Source of the DNA: Flavobacteriaceae bacterium
GTDB taxonomy: Bacteria > Bacteroidota > Bacteroidia > Flavobacteriales > Flavobacteriaceae
DNA: 64,000 nt
Direction: 5' to 3'
Assembly (NCBI GenBank): GCA_002862645.1
Contig: PKDQ01000026.1
Coordinates: forward strand, 66,777 to 130,776
Positions 53,488-62,606 of this stretch are shown here, piece after piece (positions within the stretch are counted from its first letter, which is position 1; every line of letters starts with the position of its first letter). A program made the position numbers and the translations under genes. The notes under the pieces were generated by a model that had not been told where the DNA came from, ran no database searches, and saw only the letters and a list, made by a program, of their open reading frames with translations.

Positions 53488-54816
53488 TTAGCGCAGCACT
53501 TTGGAGGGAAACACCACGGTGCTTTGGTGCCCATCCCTACCTACAGCAGCTACGCCAAACAAATAATTATCTAACACAATCCCCTCAAGGACGGTTTCTG
53601 TGGTATTACCCACATATTTGCTAAACTCCCAGGTAGGTGAGGTAGTATCACGCCAATACACCATATAGCCCGCTGTGTTTGGGCTTTCAGAAGCCACCCA
53701 TTCCAATCGAGTGCTAGGGGCTACTACACCTCCTATGGCAACTTCTTTTGGTGCTGCTGGTGCCCAAGCCAAGGATGCTAATGATATGGCATTTGCCGCC
53801 GTAAGTTTGGCTGCAAAGGCTGCATTTACGCCAGACAATACATCCCCATAAGCGATCCCGTCTTGATTGCGAATATCCTGATGCTGGCGGTTGTAGTTTT
53901 CATGGGCTTCCATAATGCGTATACCTGCAAAACCAACATCGTTGAAAGGGCGATGGTGACCACCACGACCAAATCGGTCTAAACGATAAATTAGTAGGGG
54001 ATTCAGCTCGGGCATATACGTTTTGGTCATTTTGTGGACGTAGCGTGCCAATTGTCGAGAAATACCATCGACTTCACCTCCGTAAAAACGGCGTTGCTTG
54101 CGTGCACGCTCGGTTTCGGTTGGTGATGTAGGTTCAGAGAAAATGCGAAAACTGCGATTGTCAATGACACCATCCACCCCCTCAATATTACCAATCATAT
54201 CGTTGTTTAGCACACCAATAATTTCCCAATTGTTGTCCAGGGCATATTGCGCCAGACCTTTTCCGCCATACAGCCCTTGTTCCTCTCCAGAAAGACCTAC
54301 ATAAACTATACTGTTTTCAAAATCATATTTTGATAACACCCTTGCTGCTTCAATTGCACCTGCCATTCCTGTAGCATTGTCGTTAGCACCAGGTGAATCA
54401 GAATTAAAGTCATTGGGGTCGCTGACTCTAGAGTCGATATCCCCACTCATGATGACATATCTATTTGGGTGAACACGACCACGCTGTATGGCAACAATAT
54501 TGTTGATCCAAACATCACGTGTGAGGCGTCGCCCATCAGCCTTAAACATATTTTTCTGTTCAAAAACATCAAGACAGTTCCCACAATCAGCACTTATTTC
54601 TTCAAAAGATTTTTTGATCCATCTTCGGGCAGCGCCTATACCCCTCGTTTTCGATAGTGTATCACTTAGGGTGTGTCGGGTGCCAAAGTTGGCCAGTGTC
54701 TCTACATCAGAAATAATACGATTGGCAGATACAGTCCCAATAATGTCATACATACGTATGTCTTGTTGTCCATAAGCAAGACAAACAGTAAAAAGAAAGC
54801 GTATAGGGCGATACAT
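53488..54816 (-). CDS. M28-family metallo(amino)peptidase with C-terminal Fn3-like domain
   Basis: 442 aa. GANDNATGMAGAIEAARV, GLSGEEQGLYG, NNDMIGN. ATG lies 1 nt downstream of the fadE stop. Confidence 0.8.
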   Translation of the reverse strand: MYRPIRFLFTVCLAYGQQDIRMYDIIGTVSANRIISDVETLANFGTRHTLSDTLSKTRGIGAARRWIKKSFEEISADCGNCLDVFEQKNMFKADGRRLTRDVWINNIVAIQRGRVHPNRYVIMSGDIDSRVSDPNDFNSDSPGANDNATGMAGAIEAARVLSKYDFENSIVYVGLSGEEQGLYGGKGLAQYALDNNWEIIGVLNNDMIGNIEGVDGVIDNRSFRIFSEPTSPTETERARKQRRFYGGEVDGISRQLARYVHKMTKTYMPELNPLLIYRLDRFGRGGHHRPFNDVGFAGIRIMEAHENYNRQHQDIRNQDGIAYGDVLSGVNAAFAAKLTAANAISLASLAWAPAAPKEVAIGGVVAPSTRLEWVASESPNTAGYMVYWRDTTSPTWEFSKYVGNTTETVLEGIVLDNYLFGVAAVGRDGHQSTVVFPSKVLR

Positions 54817-54817
54817 A

Positions 54818-56620
54818 TTAAAAGCAATACTTGTTTTCAGCGGCTACCTTATCAGCGACTTTATTACGCAATTCAATTACATTTGGATATTCCATGTATT
54901 TGGTAAATCGTTTGAGTCCCATTAGTAAGGCTTTTTGTTCATCGCCCTCGGCAAAGCCCAAGATGGCTTCACGGCCTTTGGTATTGATTTTTTCAACGGC
55001 TTGATATAGGTACAACTGACTAAGTGCCACCTGATATTCTTGTGCTTCTAGCCCATATGTACCTACATTCTTTTCAGCCCTTAATACAGCAGATTCTGCC
55101 ATATAGACTTCTATTAGAATATCTGCCACGGCCAGCAACAGTTGTTGGTGTGCTTCAAGCTCGGTACCGTATTTTTGTACGCCTGCACCAGCAATCATTA
55201 AAAAGACCTTTTTAAGTTTTTTAAGGATGTATTTTTCTTGGCTCATAGGTTCACTAAAATCAGGGATAGAAAAGTCAGGAATACCTAAAAGCTCTTCGCC
55301 CACAGCTGTGGCAGGACCTATTAAATCCAATTGTCCTTTCATGGCTTTTTTGATGAGCATGCCCACAGAAAGCATGCGGTTGATTTCATTAGTCCCTTCA
55401 TAGATTCGTGCAATACGTGTATCGCGCCAAGCCGTTTCCATAGGCATGTCAGCTGAAAAGCCCATACCGCCCATAACCTGAATACCTTCATCAGCCGTTA
55501 TTTGAGTTTGTTCAGAACAGGCAACTTTTAGGATAGAACATTCAATCACATATTCTTCAACGCCCTTTAATTCTGCTTCTTGATGGCTATTTCCAGCCGC
55601 TTCGCGATGTGCAATGCGGTCTTCAATATCCTTTGCAGCTCTGTAGCAAGCTGCTTCACCTGCATATAAAAAGGTGGCCATGTTGGCAAGTTTTTGTTTG
55701 ATGGCACCAAAGTTTGCAATCGGCGTTTTGAACTGAACGCGCTGATTGGCAAAGCTAACAGCTTCGTTAAGCACACGTCTTTGACCATCCAAGGTGGCAA
55801 CTGCTAGCTTGATGCGACCCACATTCAAGGCATTCATGGCAATTTTAAAGCCATTGCCACGCTCTGATAACATATTTTCTACGGGAACTTTGGTATCACT
55901 GAAAAATACTTGTCGCGTTGAAGAGGCATGAATGCCAAGTTTATTTTCTTCCTCGCCCATAGAAATGCCATTCTCAGGATCATTTGGTATGATAAAGCCC
56001 GTAATGTTTTTGTCATCTTCTATACGTGCAAAGACAATCATCAAATCGGCATAACCCGCATTGGAAATCCATATTTTTTGCCCAGAAATAAGGTAATGCG
56101 TACCGTCCTCAGATAGCACGGCCTTGGTCTTTCCGCTGTTGGCATCCGAACCGGCAGTAGGTTCCGTAAGACAGTAACAACCTATCCATTCACCACTAGC
56201 TAATTTTGGAACGTATTTTTTCTTTTGCTCCTCGTTTCCATATAGAACGATTGGCATGGTGCCTATTCCTGTATGGGCACCAAAAGCTGTAGACAAGGAA
56301 CCAGAAGCCCCTGAAATAAATTCACATACCAACATGGTGTCTACAAATCCCATGCCCATACCACCATAAGCTTCGGGAACGCTAACGCCCAAAAAGCCCA
56401 TTTCACCAATTTTGCGCATCAGTTCAAAGGTGTAATCGTAGTCTTTTTTGTTAAAACGTTCACGCGCTGGCCAAACCTCCCGGTCTACAAACTCTTGAAT
56501 CGCTTCGCGCATCATGCGTTGTTCTTCGTTAAATTCTTCTGGAGTAAAGATATCTTGTGCCTTGGTGTCTTGTAAAATAAAGGCACCGCCACGGGTTAGT
56601 TTACGTGCTGCTGTTTCCAT
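54818..56620 (-). CDS. fadE: long-form acyl-CoA dehydrogenase
   Basis: 600 aa. CLTEPTAGSDA, YEGTNEINR. Confidence 0.9.
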   Translation of the reverse strand: METAARKLTRGGAFILQDTKAQDIFTPEEFNEEQRMMREAIQEFVDREVWPARERFNKKDYDYTFELMRKIGEMGFLGVSVPEAYGGMGMGFVDTMLVCEFISGASGSLSTAFGAHTGIGTMPIVLYGNEEQKKKYVPKLASGEWIGCYCLTEPTAGSDANSGKTKAVLSEDGTHYLISGQKIWISNAGYADLMIVFARIEDDKNITGFIIPNDPENGISMGEEENKLGIHASSTRQVFFSDTKVPVENMLSERGNGFKIAMNALNVGRIKLAVATLDGQRRVLNEAVSFANQRVQFKTPIANFGAIKQKLANMATFLYAGEAACYRAAKDIEDRIAHREAAGNSHQEAELKGVEEYVIECSILKVACSEQTQITADEGIQVMGGMGFSADMPMETAWRDTRIARIYEGTNEINRMLSVGMLIKKAMKGQLDLIGPATAVGEELLGIPDFSIPDFSEPMSQEKYILKKLKKVFLMIAGAGVQKYGTELEAHQQLLLAVADILIEVYMAESAVLRAEKNVGTYGLEAQEYQVALSQLYLYQAVEKINTKGREAILGFAEGDEQKALLMGLKRFTKYMEYPNVIELRNKVADKVAAENKYCF

Positions 56621-56629
56621 AAGTTGATT

Positions 56630-57808
56630 TTATAGTCGTTCAAAAATACCGGCTGCGCCCTGTCCTGTTCCCACACACATGGTCACCATACCGTATTTGT
56701 TATCTCTTTTTTTCATTTCGTCAAATAATTGCACCGAAAGTTTTGCGCCGGTGCATCCAAGCGGGTGACCCAATGCAATGGCGCCTCCATTAACATTTAT
56801 GATGTCAGGGTTTAATCCCAAGGTTCGTATCACAGCCAAAGACTGAGAAGCAAAGGCTTCATTTAGTTCAATAAGCTCTATGTCTTCTTGTTTCATTCCC
56901 GCTTGCTTCAGTGCTTTAGGAATGGCTGCCACCGGACCTATGCCCATGATGCGCGGAGGTACGCCTGCTGCGGCATAGCTCACCATACGTGCAATAGGGG
57001 TAACCCCCAATTCTTTAACCATGTCTTCGCTCATAACCAATACCATGGCTGCACCATCACTGGTTTGTGAGGCATTACCCGCAGTTACCGATCCGCCAGC
57101 TGAAAATACTGGGCGAAGTTTGGCTAGTTTATCGATGGCCGTATCTGCACGTGGACCTTCGTCTGTATCCACCATATAGTTGCGTATTTTTTTGGTGTTG
57201 CCTTCCAAATAGGTTTCTTCAATAGTTATGGGAACAATTTGCGCTTTAAAGGCACCGTTTTCAAGTGCGGTAAGTGCTTTTTGGTGTGAGCCATATGAAA
57301 ACACGTCTTGGTCTTCACGTGAAATGTTATATTCCTTAGCAACAGCCTCTGCAGTAAGTCCCATTCCCCAGTAGTAATCTTCTTTACCATTTTTCACCAA
57401 TTCATAATCAGGAACGGGCTTGTATCCACCAAAGGGAATATAACTCATACTTTCTGAGCCTCCTGCGATGATGCAGTCTGCCATACCAGATTTTATCTTG
57501 GCTGTCGCCATAGCAATGGTTTCTAAGCCAGAGGCACAGTAACGGTTTACAGTAACCCCTGGAACTGAATCCGTTTCGAGTCCCATAAGCGAGATAAGTC
57601 GTGCCATGTTGAGCCCTTGTTCTGCTTCGGGCATGGCATTTCCAACAATGACATCGTCGATGCGTTTTTTGTCTAATTCAGGAATGCTGTTCATGAGGTA
57701 AGCAACCGTCTCTGCGGCGAGTTCATCTGGACGCTTAAATCGGAATAGTCCCCGTGGTGCTTTTCCAACAGCGGTGCGATATGCCCGTACGATATAAGCT
57801 GTTTTCAT
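56630..57808 (-). CDS. fadA: acetyl-CoA C-acyltransferase (3-ketoacyl-CoA thiolase)
   Basis: 392 aa. NRYCASGLE (nucleophile Cys), [16 protein letters not shown]. Confidence 0.95.
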   Translation of the reverse strand: MKTAYIVRAYRTAVGKAPRGLFRFKRPDELAAETVAYLMNSIPELDKKRIDDVIVGNAMPEAEQGLNMARLISLMGLETDSVPGVTVNRYCASGLETIAMATAKIKSGMADCIIAGGSESMSYIPFGGYKPVPDYELVKNGKEDYYWGMGLTAEAVAKEYNISREDQDVFSYGSHQKALTALENGAFKAQIVPITIEETYLEGNTKKIRNYMVDTDEGPRADTAIDKLAKLRPVFSAGGSVTAGNASQTSDGAAMVLVMSEDMVKELGVTPIARMVSYAAAGVPPRIMGIGPVAAIPKALKQAGMKQEDIELIELNEAFASQSLAVIRTLGLNPDIINVNGGAIALGHPLGCTGAKLSVQLFDEMKKRDNKYGMVTMCVGTGQGAAGIFERL

Positions 57809-57869
57809 TTATTTAATTTTTTTCAAGTTTTGATGTTCAGTAATTAGTTCAGTCGATTGGCGTTGTTAA

Positions 57870-60275
57870 TTAGTTGCGCAAGGGTTTTCCTGTTTTGAGC
57901 ATATGTTGAATGCGCTCCAGTGTTTTTCGTTCAGCACAAAGCGATAAAAAAGCTTCCCTTTCGATGTCTAGCAAATAGCGTTCGCTTACCTGTGTAGCTT
58001 GCGACAAATCTCCTCCTGCCATTACATAGGCGAGTTTGTTGGCGATTTTTTGATCGTGTTCCGAAATATAGTGCCCTGCTTCCATACTATCTGTGCCCAC
58101 CAAAAACATACCCAAAGCTTGTTTTCCGAGCACTTTAATGTCTGTGCGTTGTTTGGGTTGTGTATAGCCACGCTGTGCCATTAGTAGCGCTTCTTGCTTG
58201 GCAATATTCAGCTGCTGTTTGCCATTGACCACAACAACATCCTTACCTTTTTGCAGGATGCTAAAATCATAGGCCTCATAGGCCGAGGTCGCCACTTTTG
58301 CCATACCTATGGCCAAGAAATGTTCTTGGAGCACATTGAGCTCAACGTCGTTTTTACGAAACATATCAGCAGCACGCAAGGTCATTTCCTTAGAACCGCC
58401 ACCACCCGGAATAACGCCAACACCAAACTCCACCAATCCGATATAGGTTTCTGCTGCAGCCACTACTTTGTCGGCGTGCATGGATAGCTCACAGCCCCCA
58501 CCAAGCGTTAGCCCGTGTGGTGCAGCTATCGTGGGTAAGCTAGAATAGCGCATCCGCATCATGGTATCTTGAAAGTACTTGATGGCCATATTCAGCTCAT
58601 CATACTCCTGTTCGACCGCTAACATAAATATCATACCCAAATTAGCACCTGCCGAGAAGTTGGCGCCGTTATTGCCTACCACAACTCCTTCATAGCCTTG
58701 TTCTGCTAGATCAATACCTTTATTAATGCCCTGCAAAACACCTGCGCCGATCGTATTCATTTTTGAACGAAACTCAATGTTTAAAATACCATCGCCAAGA
58801 TCAATCACCGAGCACTCTTTGTTTTGCCAGATGGTTTTGTTTTCTCTTACATGATCCAAAATAATAAAGGCTTCTTGTCCAGGGACGGATACAAATTTCT
58901 CTTTCTCAATATTGTAATAGTGGGGTTTATTTTCTTTGAGTTGATAAAAGCCAGTAGCGCCATTAGCTGCCAATGCCTCAATCCATGGAGCAACGGGGTG
59001 CCCAGCTTCTTTGATTAGCGTGATACCTTCTGTAAGCCCAACAGCATCCCACAGTTCGAATGGGCCGTGCTCCCAACCAAAACCCGCTTTCATGGCTTCG
59101 TCTATTTGGTAAAGTGCATCTGATATTTCAGGAATACGGGATTGCACATACGCAAAGGTTTCGCCTAAAACAGTGCGGTAGAACTTTGCTGCTTTGTCTG
59201 TTCCACTTATCAAAATCGGAAAACGATCGGAGACACGCTCAACTGTTTTTGTTTTTTCAAGCGTAGCAAAAGAAACTTTCTTTTTGGAGCGATACGTCAT
59301 GGTCTCCAAGTTTAATACTTGTATATCCGACTTTCCTTCCTTGGTTTTGATTTTTTTGTAAAAGCCTTGCCCTGATTTACTCCCCAGCCATTGCTCATCC
59401 AGCATTTTTTGAATAAAATCGGGCAATATAAAGCTGTCAAGACGTTCGTCGTCTGGGCAGTTTTCATGTAAGCCTTTGGCTACGTGTACTAGTGTATCTA
59501 GCCCCACAACGTCTACTGTTCTAAAGGTGGCAGACTTGGGTCTTCCCATAACAGGACCTGTTAGTTTATCCACTTCCTCCACAGTCAGCCCCATAGGTTT
59601 CATTTTGTGAAATAGACTTTGAATACAAAAGATACCAATACGGTTCCCAATAAAGGCAGGAGTGTCTTTGGCCAGTACGGCAGACTTACCTAAAAAGCGT
59701 GTGCCATAGTCCATTAGGAAGTAAACCACCTCGGGTTTACAGCTTGGTCCAGGCACGACTTCAAACAACTTGAGGTAACGCGGAGGGTTAAAAAAGTGCG
59801 TTACAGTAAAGTGCTCTTGAAAGTCTTTGGATCTTCCCTCGTTCATAAATTTGATGGGAATTCCAGAAGTGTTGGAGCTCACGAGTGTTCCTGGTGTTCT
59901 GTGCTGCTCTACTTGCTCAAACACGAGCTTCTTGATGTCCAGTCGCTCTACGACTACTTCAATAATCCAATCCACTTCTAAAAGCTTGGGCATATCGTCT
60001 TCAAAATTTCCTGTTTGAATGCGTGCTTTAAAGCTTGGATGATAGAGTGGTGCAGGTTTGCTCTTGATGGCTGTTGTGAGATTGGTTGTAACTATACGGT
60101 TACGTACCACAGGATGTGTGGTGTCTAGCCCTTTTTTCTTTTCAAGTTCATTAGGTTCTTTGGGTACGATATCCAGTAGCAATACCTCAACGCCAATGTT
60201 GGCAAAGTGGCAGGCTATACCGGCGCCCATAATTCCTGACCCTAATACGGCTACTTTATTTATACGTCTGTTCAT
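57870..60275 (-). CDS. fadB: fused 3-hydroxyacyl-CoA dehydrogenase / enoyl-CoA hydratase
   Basis: ATG at 60275 (MNRRINKVAVLGSGIMGAGIA Rossmann motif) is preferred over the upstream ATG at 60362, which would overlap marR. C-terminal crotonase-like half. Confidence 0.9.
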   Translation of the reverse strand: MNRRINKVAVLGSGIMGAGIACHFANIGVEVLLLDIVPKEPNELEKKKGLDTTHPVVRNRIVTTNLTTAIKSKPAPLYHPSFKARIQTGNFEDDMPKLLEVDWIIEVVVERLDIKKLVFEQVEQHRTPGTLVSSNTSGIPIKFMNEGRSKDFQEHFTVTHFFNPPRYLKLFEVVPGPSCKPEVVYFLMDYGTRFLGKSAVLAKDTPAFIGNRIGIFCIQSLFHKMKPMGLTVEEVDKLTGPVMGRPKSATFRTVDVVGLDTLVHVAKGLHENCPDDERLDSFILPDFIQKMLDEQWLGSKSGQGFYKKIKTKEGKSDIQVLNLETMTYRSKKKVSFATLEKTKTVERVSDRFPILISGTDKAAKFYRTVLGETFAYVQSRIPEISDALYQIDEAMKAGFGWEHGPFELWDAVGLTEGITLIKEAGHPVAPWIEALAANGATGFYQLKENKPHYYNIEKEKFVSVPGQEAFIILDHVRENKTIWQNKECSVIDLGDGILNIEFRSKMNTIGAGVLQGINKGIDLAEQGYEGVVVGNNGANFSAGANLGMIFMLAVEQEYDELNMAIKYFQDTMMRMRYSSLPTIAAPHGLTLGGGCELSMHADKVVAAAETYIGLVEFGVGVIPGGGGSKEMTLRAADMFRKNDVELNVLQEHFLAIGMAKVATSAYEAYDFSILQKGKDVVVVNGKQQLNIAKQEALLMAQRGYTQPKQRTDIKVLGKQALGMFLVGTDSMEAGHYISEHDQKIANKLAYVMAGGDLSQATQVSERYLLDIEREAFLSLCAERKTLERIQHMLKTGKPLRN

Positions 60276-60282
60276 AGGTAGG

Positions 60283-60729
60283 TTATTTGTAAATATTTTT
60301 TGATTGTATGAGTTCGATGATGATTTCGGATACCTCTCTAAAGGTTTCCAGTTTTTTTGCATCTACGTGTTGCGCTACTCTTTCATTGAATTTCAACACA
60401 AAGGATTTTGACAAATCTCTTTTTTCTAGCCCTGCTGTGGTGAGTTTAAGCAGTACGCTTCTGCCGTCATCAGGATTGGGTTTGCGGAGAATCAATCCCT
60501 TGTTTTCGAGTGTCTTTAGTGTTCTGGATAGGCTGGTGGCTTCCATGCCCATTTTTGGAGCAATAGCGGTAGAAGGTGTTCCGTGGACAGGATCAATGGA
60601 TAACAATGCCAAGCCTGTTGCCATTGAAGTCTCATGTTTTGCAGCCTCCTCGTTATACATTTTGGCTATGGCTTGCCAAGCTGCTCGATATAGCGCGTCA
60701 ATTGTTGGGTACGAAGTTGTTACTTGCAT
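60283..60729 (-). CDS. MarR-family transcriptional regulator
   Basis: 148 aa counted from the ATG at 60729. Winged-helix region LSRTLKTLENKGLILRKPNPDDGRSVLLKLT. Lies 7 nt upstream of fadB. Confidence 0.85.
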   Translation of the reverse strand: MQVTTSYPTIDALYRAAWQAIAKMYNEEAAKHETSMATGLALLSIDPVHGTPSTAIAPKMGMEATSLSRTLKTLENKGLILRKPNPDDGRSVLLKLTTAGLEKRDLSKSFVLKFNERVAQHVDAKKLETFREVSEIIIELIQSKNIYK

Positions 60730-60733
60730 ACCC

Positions 60734-60741
60734 CAAACATA
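60734..60741 (-). promoter_or_regulatory. candidate -7 box TATGTTTG, 4 nt upstream of the marR ATG
   Basis: Minus strand reads TATGTTTG-GGGT-ATG. Immediately downstream of the 13-bp inverted repeat. Confidence 0.35.
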
Positions 60742-60745
60742 CAAA

Positions 60746-60773
60746 AAAAATACTATGCACGCATAGTATTTTT
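60746..60773 (-). promoter_or_regulatory. perfect inverted repeat AAAAATACTATGC-AC-GCATAGTATTTTT (candidate MarR operator and/or fadD terminator)
   Basis: Two 13-bp arms with a 2-bp spacer and no mismatch. The right arm overlaps the fadD stop codon (60772-60774), and a T-tract follows on the minus strand. Confidence 0.6.
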
Positions 60774-62547
60774 AGACGGTGTATATATTTTCTATTAGTG
60801 TGTTGAATTTTTCTTTGAGGACTTTTCGCTTTAATTTCATGGTAGGCGTAAGGTGTCCGCCATCTACAGACCAGACATCCGGTGTAAGGCGTATTTCTTT
60901 TACTTTTTCCCATTGACCAAAACGTTCGTTGATGCTATTCACTTCATCCATAACTTTGTTTTGGACGTCTGCGTTTTTGCACCATGTTATATGGTCAGCG
61001 GAAAGATGTAGTTGTTTTTCTTTTGCCCAGGCCTCTACGGCTTCAAAGTTTAGTTGAATTAAAGCAGCTGGAAATTTTTGGTTTTCACCAATCACCATGA
61101 TTTGTTCTATAAATACAGATTGTTTCATGCTATTTTCAATGACTTGCGGTGCTATATATTTTCCTCCAGAAGTCTTGAACATTGCTTTTTTTCGATCAGT
61201 GATTTTCAAAAATCCATCTGCATCAATATGTCCTATATCTCCTGTGTGAAAGTATCCGTTTTTGAGAACCTCATTGGTTTTTTCTTCATCTTTATAATAG
61301 CCCATCATGATGTTGGGTCCTTTACACAAGATTTCGCCGTCTTCGGCTATTTTAACTTCGACCTTATCAATTATTGGCCCAACAGTTCCTATGCGCATTT
61401 TTCCATTCCGCATGTCATTTACAGAAACTACTGGGGACGTTTCCGTTAGTCCATAACCTTCAGCTACTGTTATGCCTGCGGCTGTAAACACACGAGCTAA
61501 CCTAGGCTGAAGTGCTGCGCTTCCAGATGCAATGAGGTCTAGCTTTCCGCCAAGCGCTTCTTTCCATTTGCTAAAAATAAGCTTGCGTGCTATCTTTAAT
61601 TTCTGCTCATACCACCAGCCGTTTTGGCCATAAGGCTCATACTGAAGTCCTAAATCAACAGCCCAGTAAAATAGTTTTTTCTTGATACCCGTTAAATCTG
61701 CACCTTTTGCGTAAATTTTGTCATACAACTTCTCCAAAAGTCTTGGCACAGCAGTCATCACACTCGGCTGTATTTCTTTGAGGTTTTCTCCGATGGTTTC
61801 CAACGACTCAGCAAAATAGATTTGTGTTCCAGAATACACATAAAGATATAGAAGCATGCGCTCATAGATGTGGCACATGGGTAAAAAGCTCAAGGCTTTT
61901 GCGTTACCGTATGTCAAGGGCAATCTCTTTTGGCTTGCAATGACATTGCTTACAATATTTTGATGGCTTAACATTACTCCTTTTGGTCTTCCAGTAGTTC
62001 CAGAAGTATAGATGATGGTAGCCAAATCCGCCTCATGAATGGCTTCTTTACGCGCATGAATTTCTTGCTGTTGTGCTTTTGTTGGCTGTTGTGTCAGCAA
62101 GGTTTCAAAAGCATCACAACCCTCAATATTGTCAAAGCTAAATACATTTTCAATTTTTGGGCAGTTGGATTGAATTTCACGCACCTTTTCCAATACTTCA
62201 CTGTCAGAAACAAAACAGAATTTCACCCCAGAGTGATTCATGATATAGGCATAATCGTCCGAAGAAATAGTTGGATAGATGGGAACATTTATACCGCCAA
62301 TTTGTGCCATGGCATAGTCTGCAAGCACCCACTCGGTTCTGTTGGTAGAGGAAATCATAGCAATTTTATCGCCTGCTGCAACGCCCATCGAAAGTAGCTT
62401 TGCGCTTAAGTTGTTGCCGAGTTCTCCGACATCTGGTGTGGATAAGCCCACCCATTGCCCTGTAGTTTTTGAATTTACGGCATTTTCTAAGGGTTTATCA
62501 GTTGCCATAATATCAATAAAATCAAAAAGTCTTTTGGGTGTTCTCAT
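60772..62547 (-). CDS. fadD: long-chain-fatty-acid-CoA ligase
   Basis: ATG at 62547 (MRTPKRLFDF) is preferred over the TTG at 62571. YTSGTTGRPKGV, GYGLTET, TPTMKLKRK. Confidence 0.9.
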   Translation of the reverse strand: MRTPKRLFDFIDIMATDKPLENAVNSKTTGQWVGLSTPDVGELGNNLSAKLLSMGVAAGDKIAMISSTNRTEWVLADYAMAQIGGINVPIYPTISSDDYAYIMNHSGVKFCFVSDSEVLEKVREIQSNCPKIENVFSFDNIEGCDAFETLLTQQPTKAQQQEIHARKEAIHEADLATIIYTSGTTGRPKGVMLSHQNIVSNVIASQKRLPLTYGNAKALSFLPMCHIYERMLLYLYVYSGTQIYFAESLETIGENLKEIQPSVMTAVPRLLEKLYDKIYAKGADLTGIKKKLFYWAVDLGLQYEPYGQNGWWYEQKLKIARKLIFSKWKEALGGKLDLIASGSAALQPRLARVFTAAGITVAEGYGLTETSPVVSVNDMRNGKMRIGTVGPIIDKVEVKIAEDGEILCKGPNIMMGYYKDEEKTNEVLKNGYFHTGDIGHIDADGFLKITDRKKAMFKTSGGKYIAPQVIENSMKQSVFIEQIMVIGENQKFPAALIQLNFEAVEAWAKEKQLHLSADHITWCKNADVQNKVMDEVNSINERFGQWEKVKEIRLTPDVWSVDGGHLTPTMKLKRKVLKEKFNTLIENIYTV

Positions 62548-62606
62548 AATTGAAAGCGTTTTTTTGCACAATTGCTAATATTCAAAAAAACGATAATTTT
62601 TTGATT

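Noticed and set aside
60308-60766. Long antisense ORFs opposite well-supported genes. Examples: 60308..60766 (+) opposite marR, 18967..19431 (+) opposite menD, 15469..15951 (+) opposite menC, 37471..37872 (-) opposite rplQ, 41163..41558 (-) opposite gltA.
   Set aside because: Each lies entirely within a gene with clear family motifs on the other strand. The translated products are low-complexity or Ser/Cys/Leu-rich with no recognisable motif. They are typical shadow ORFs.
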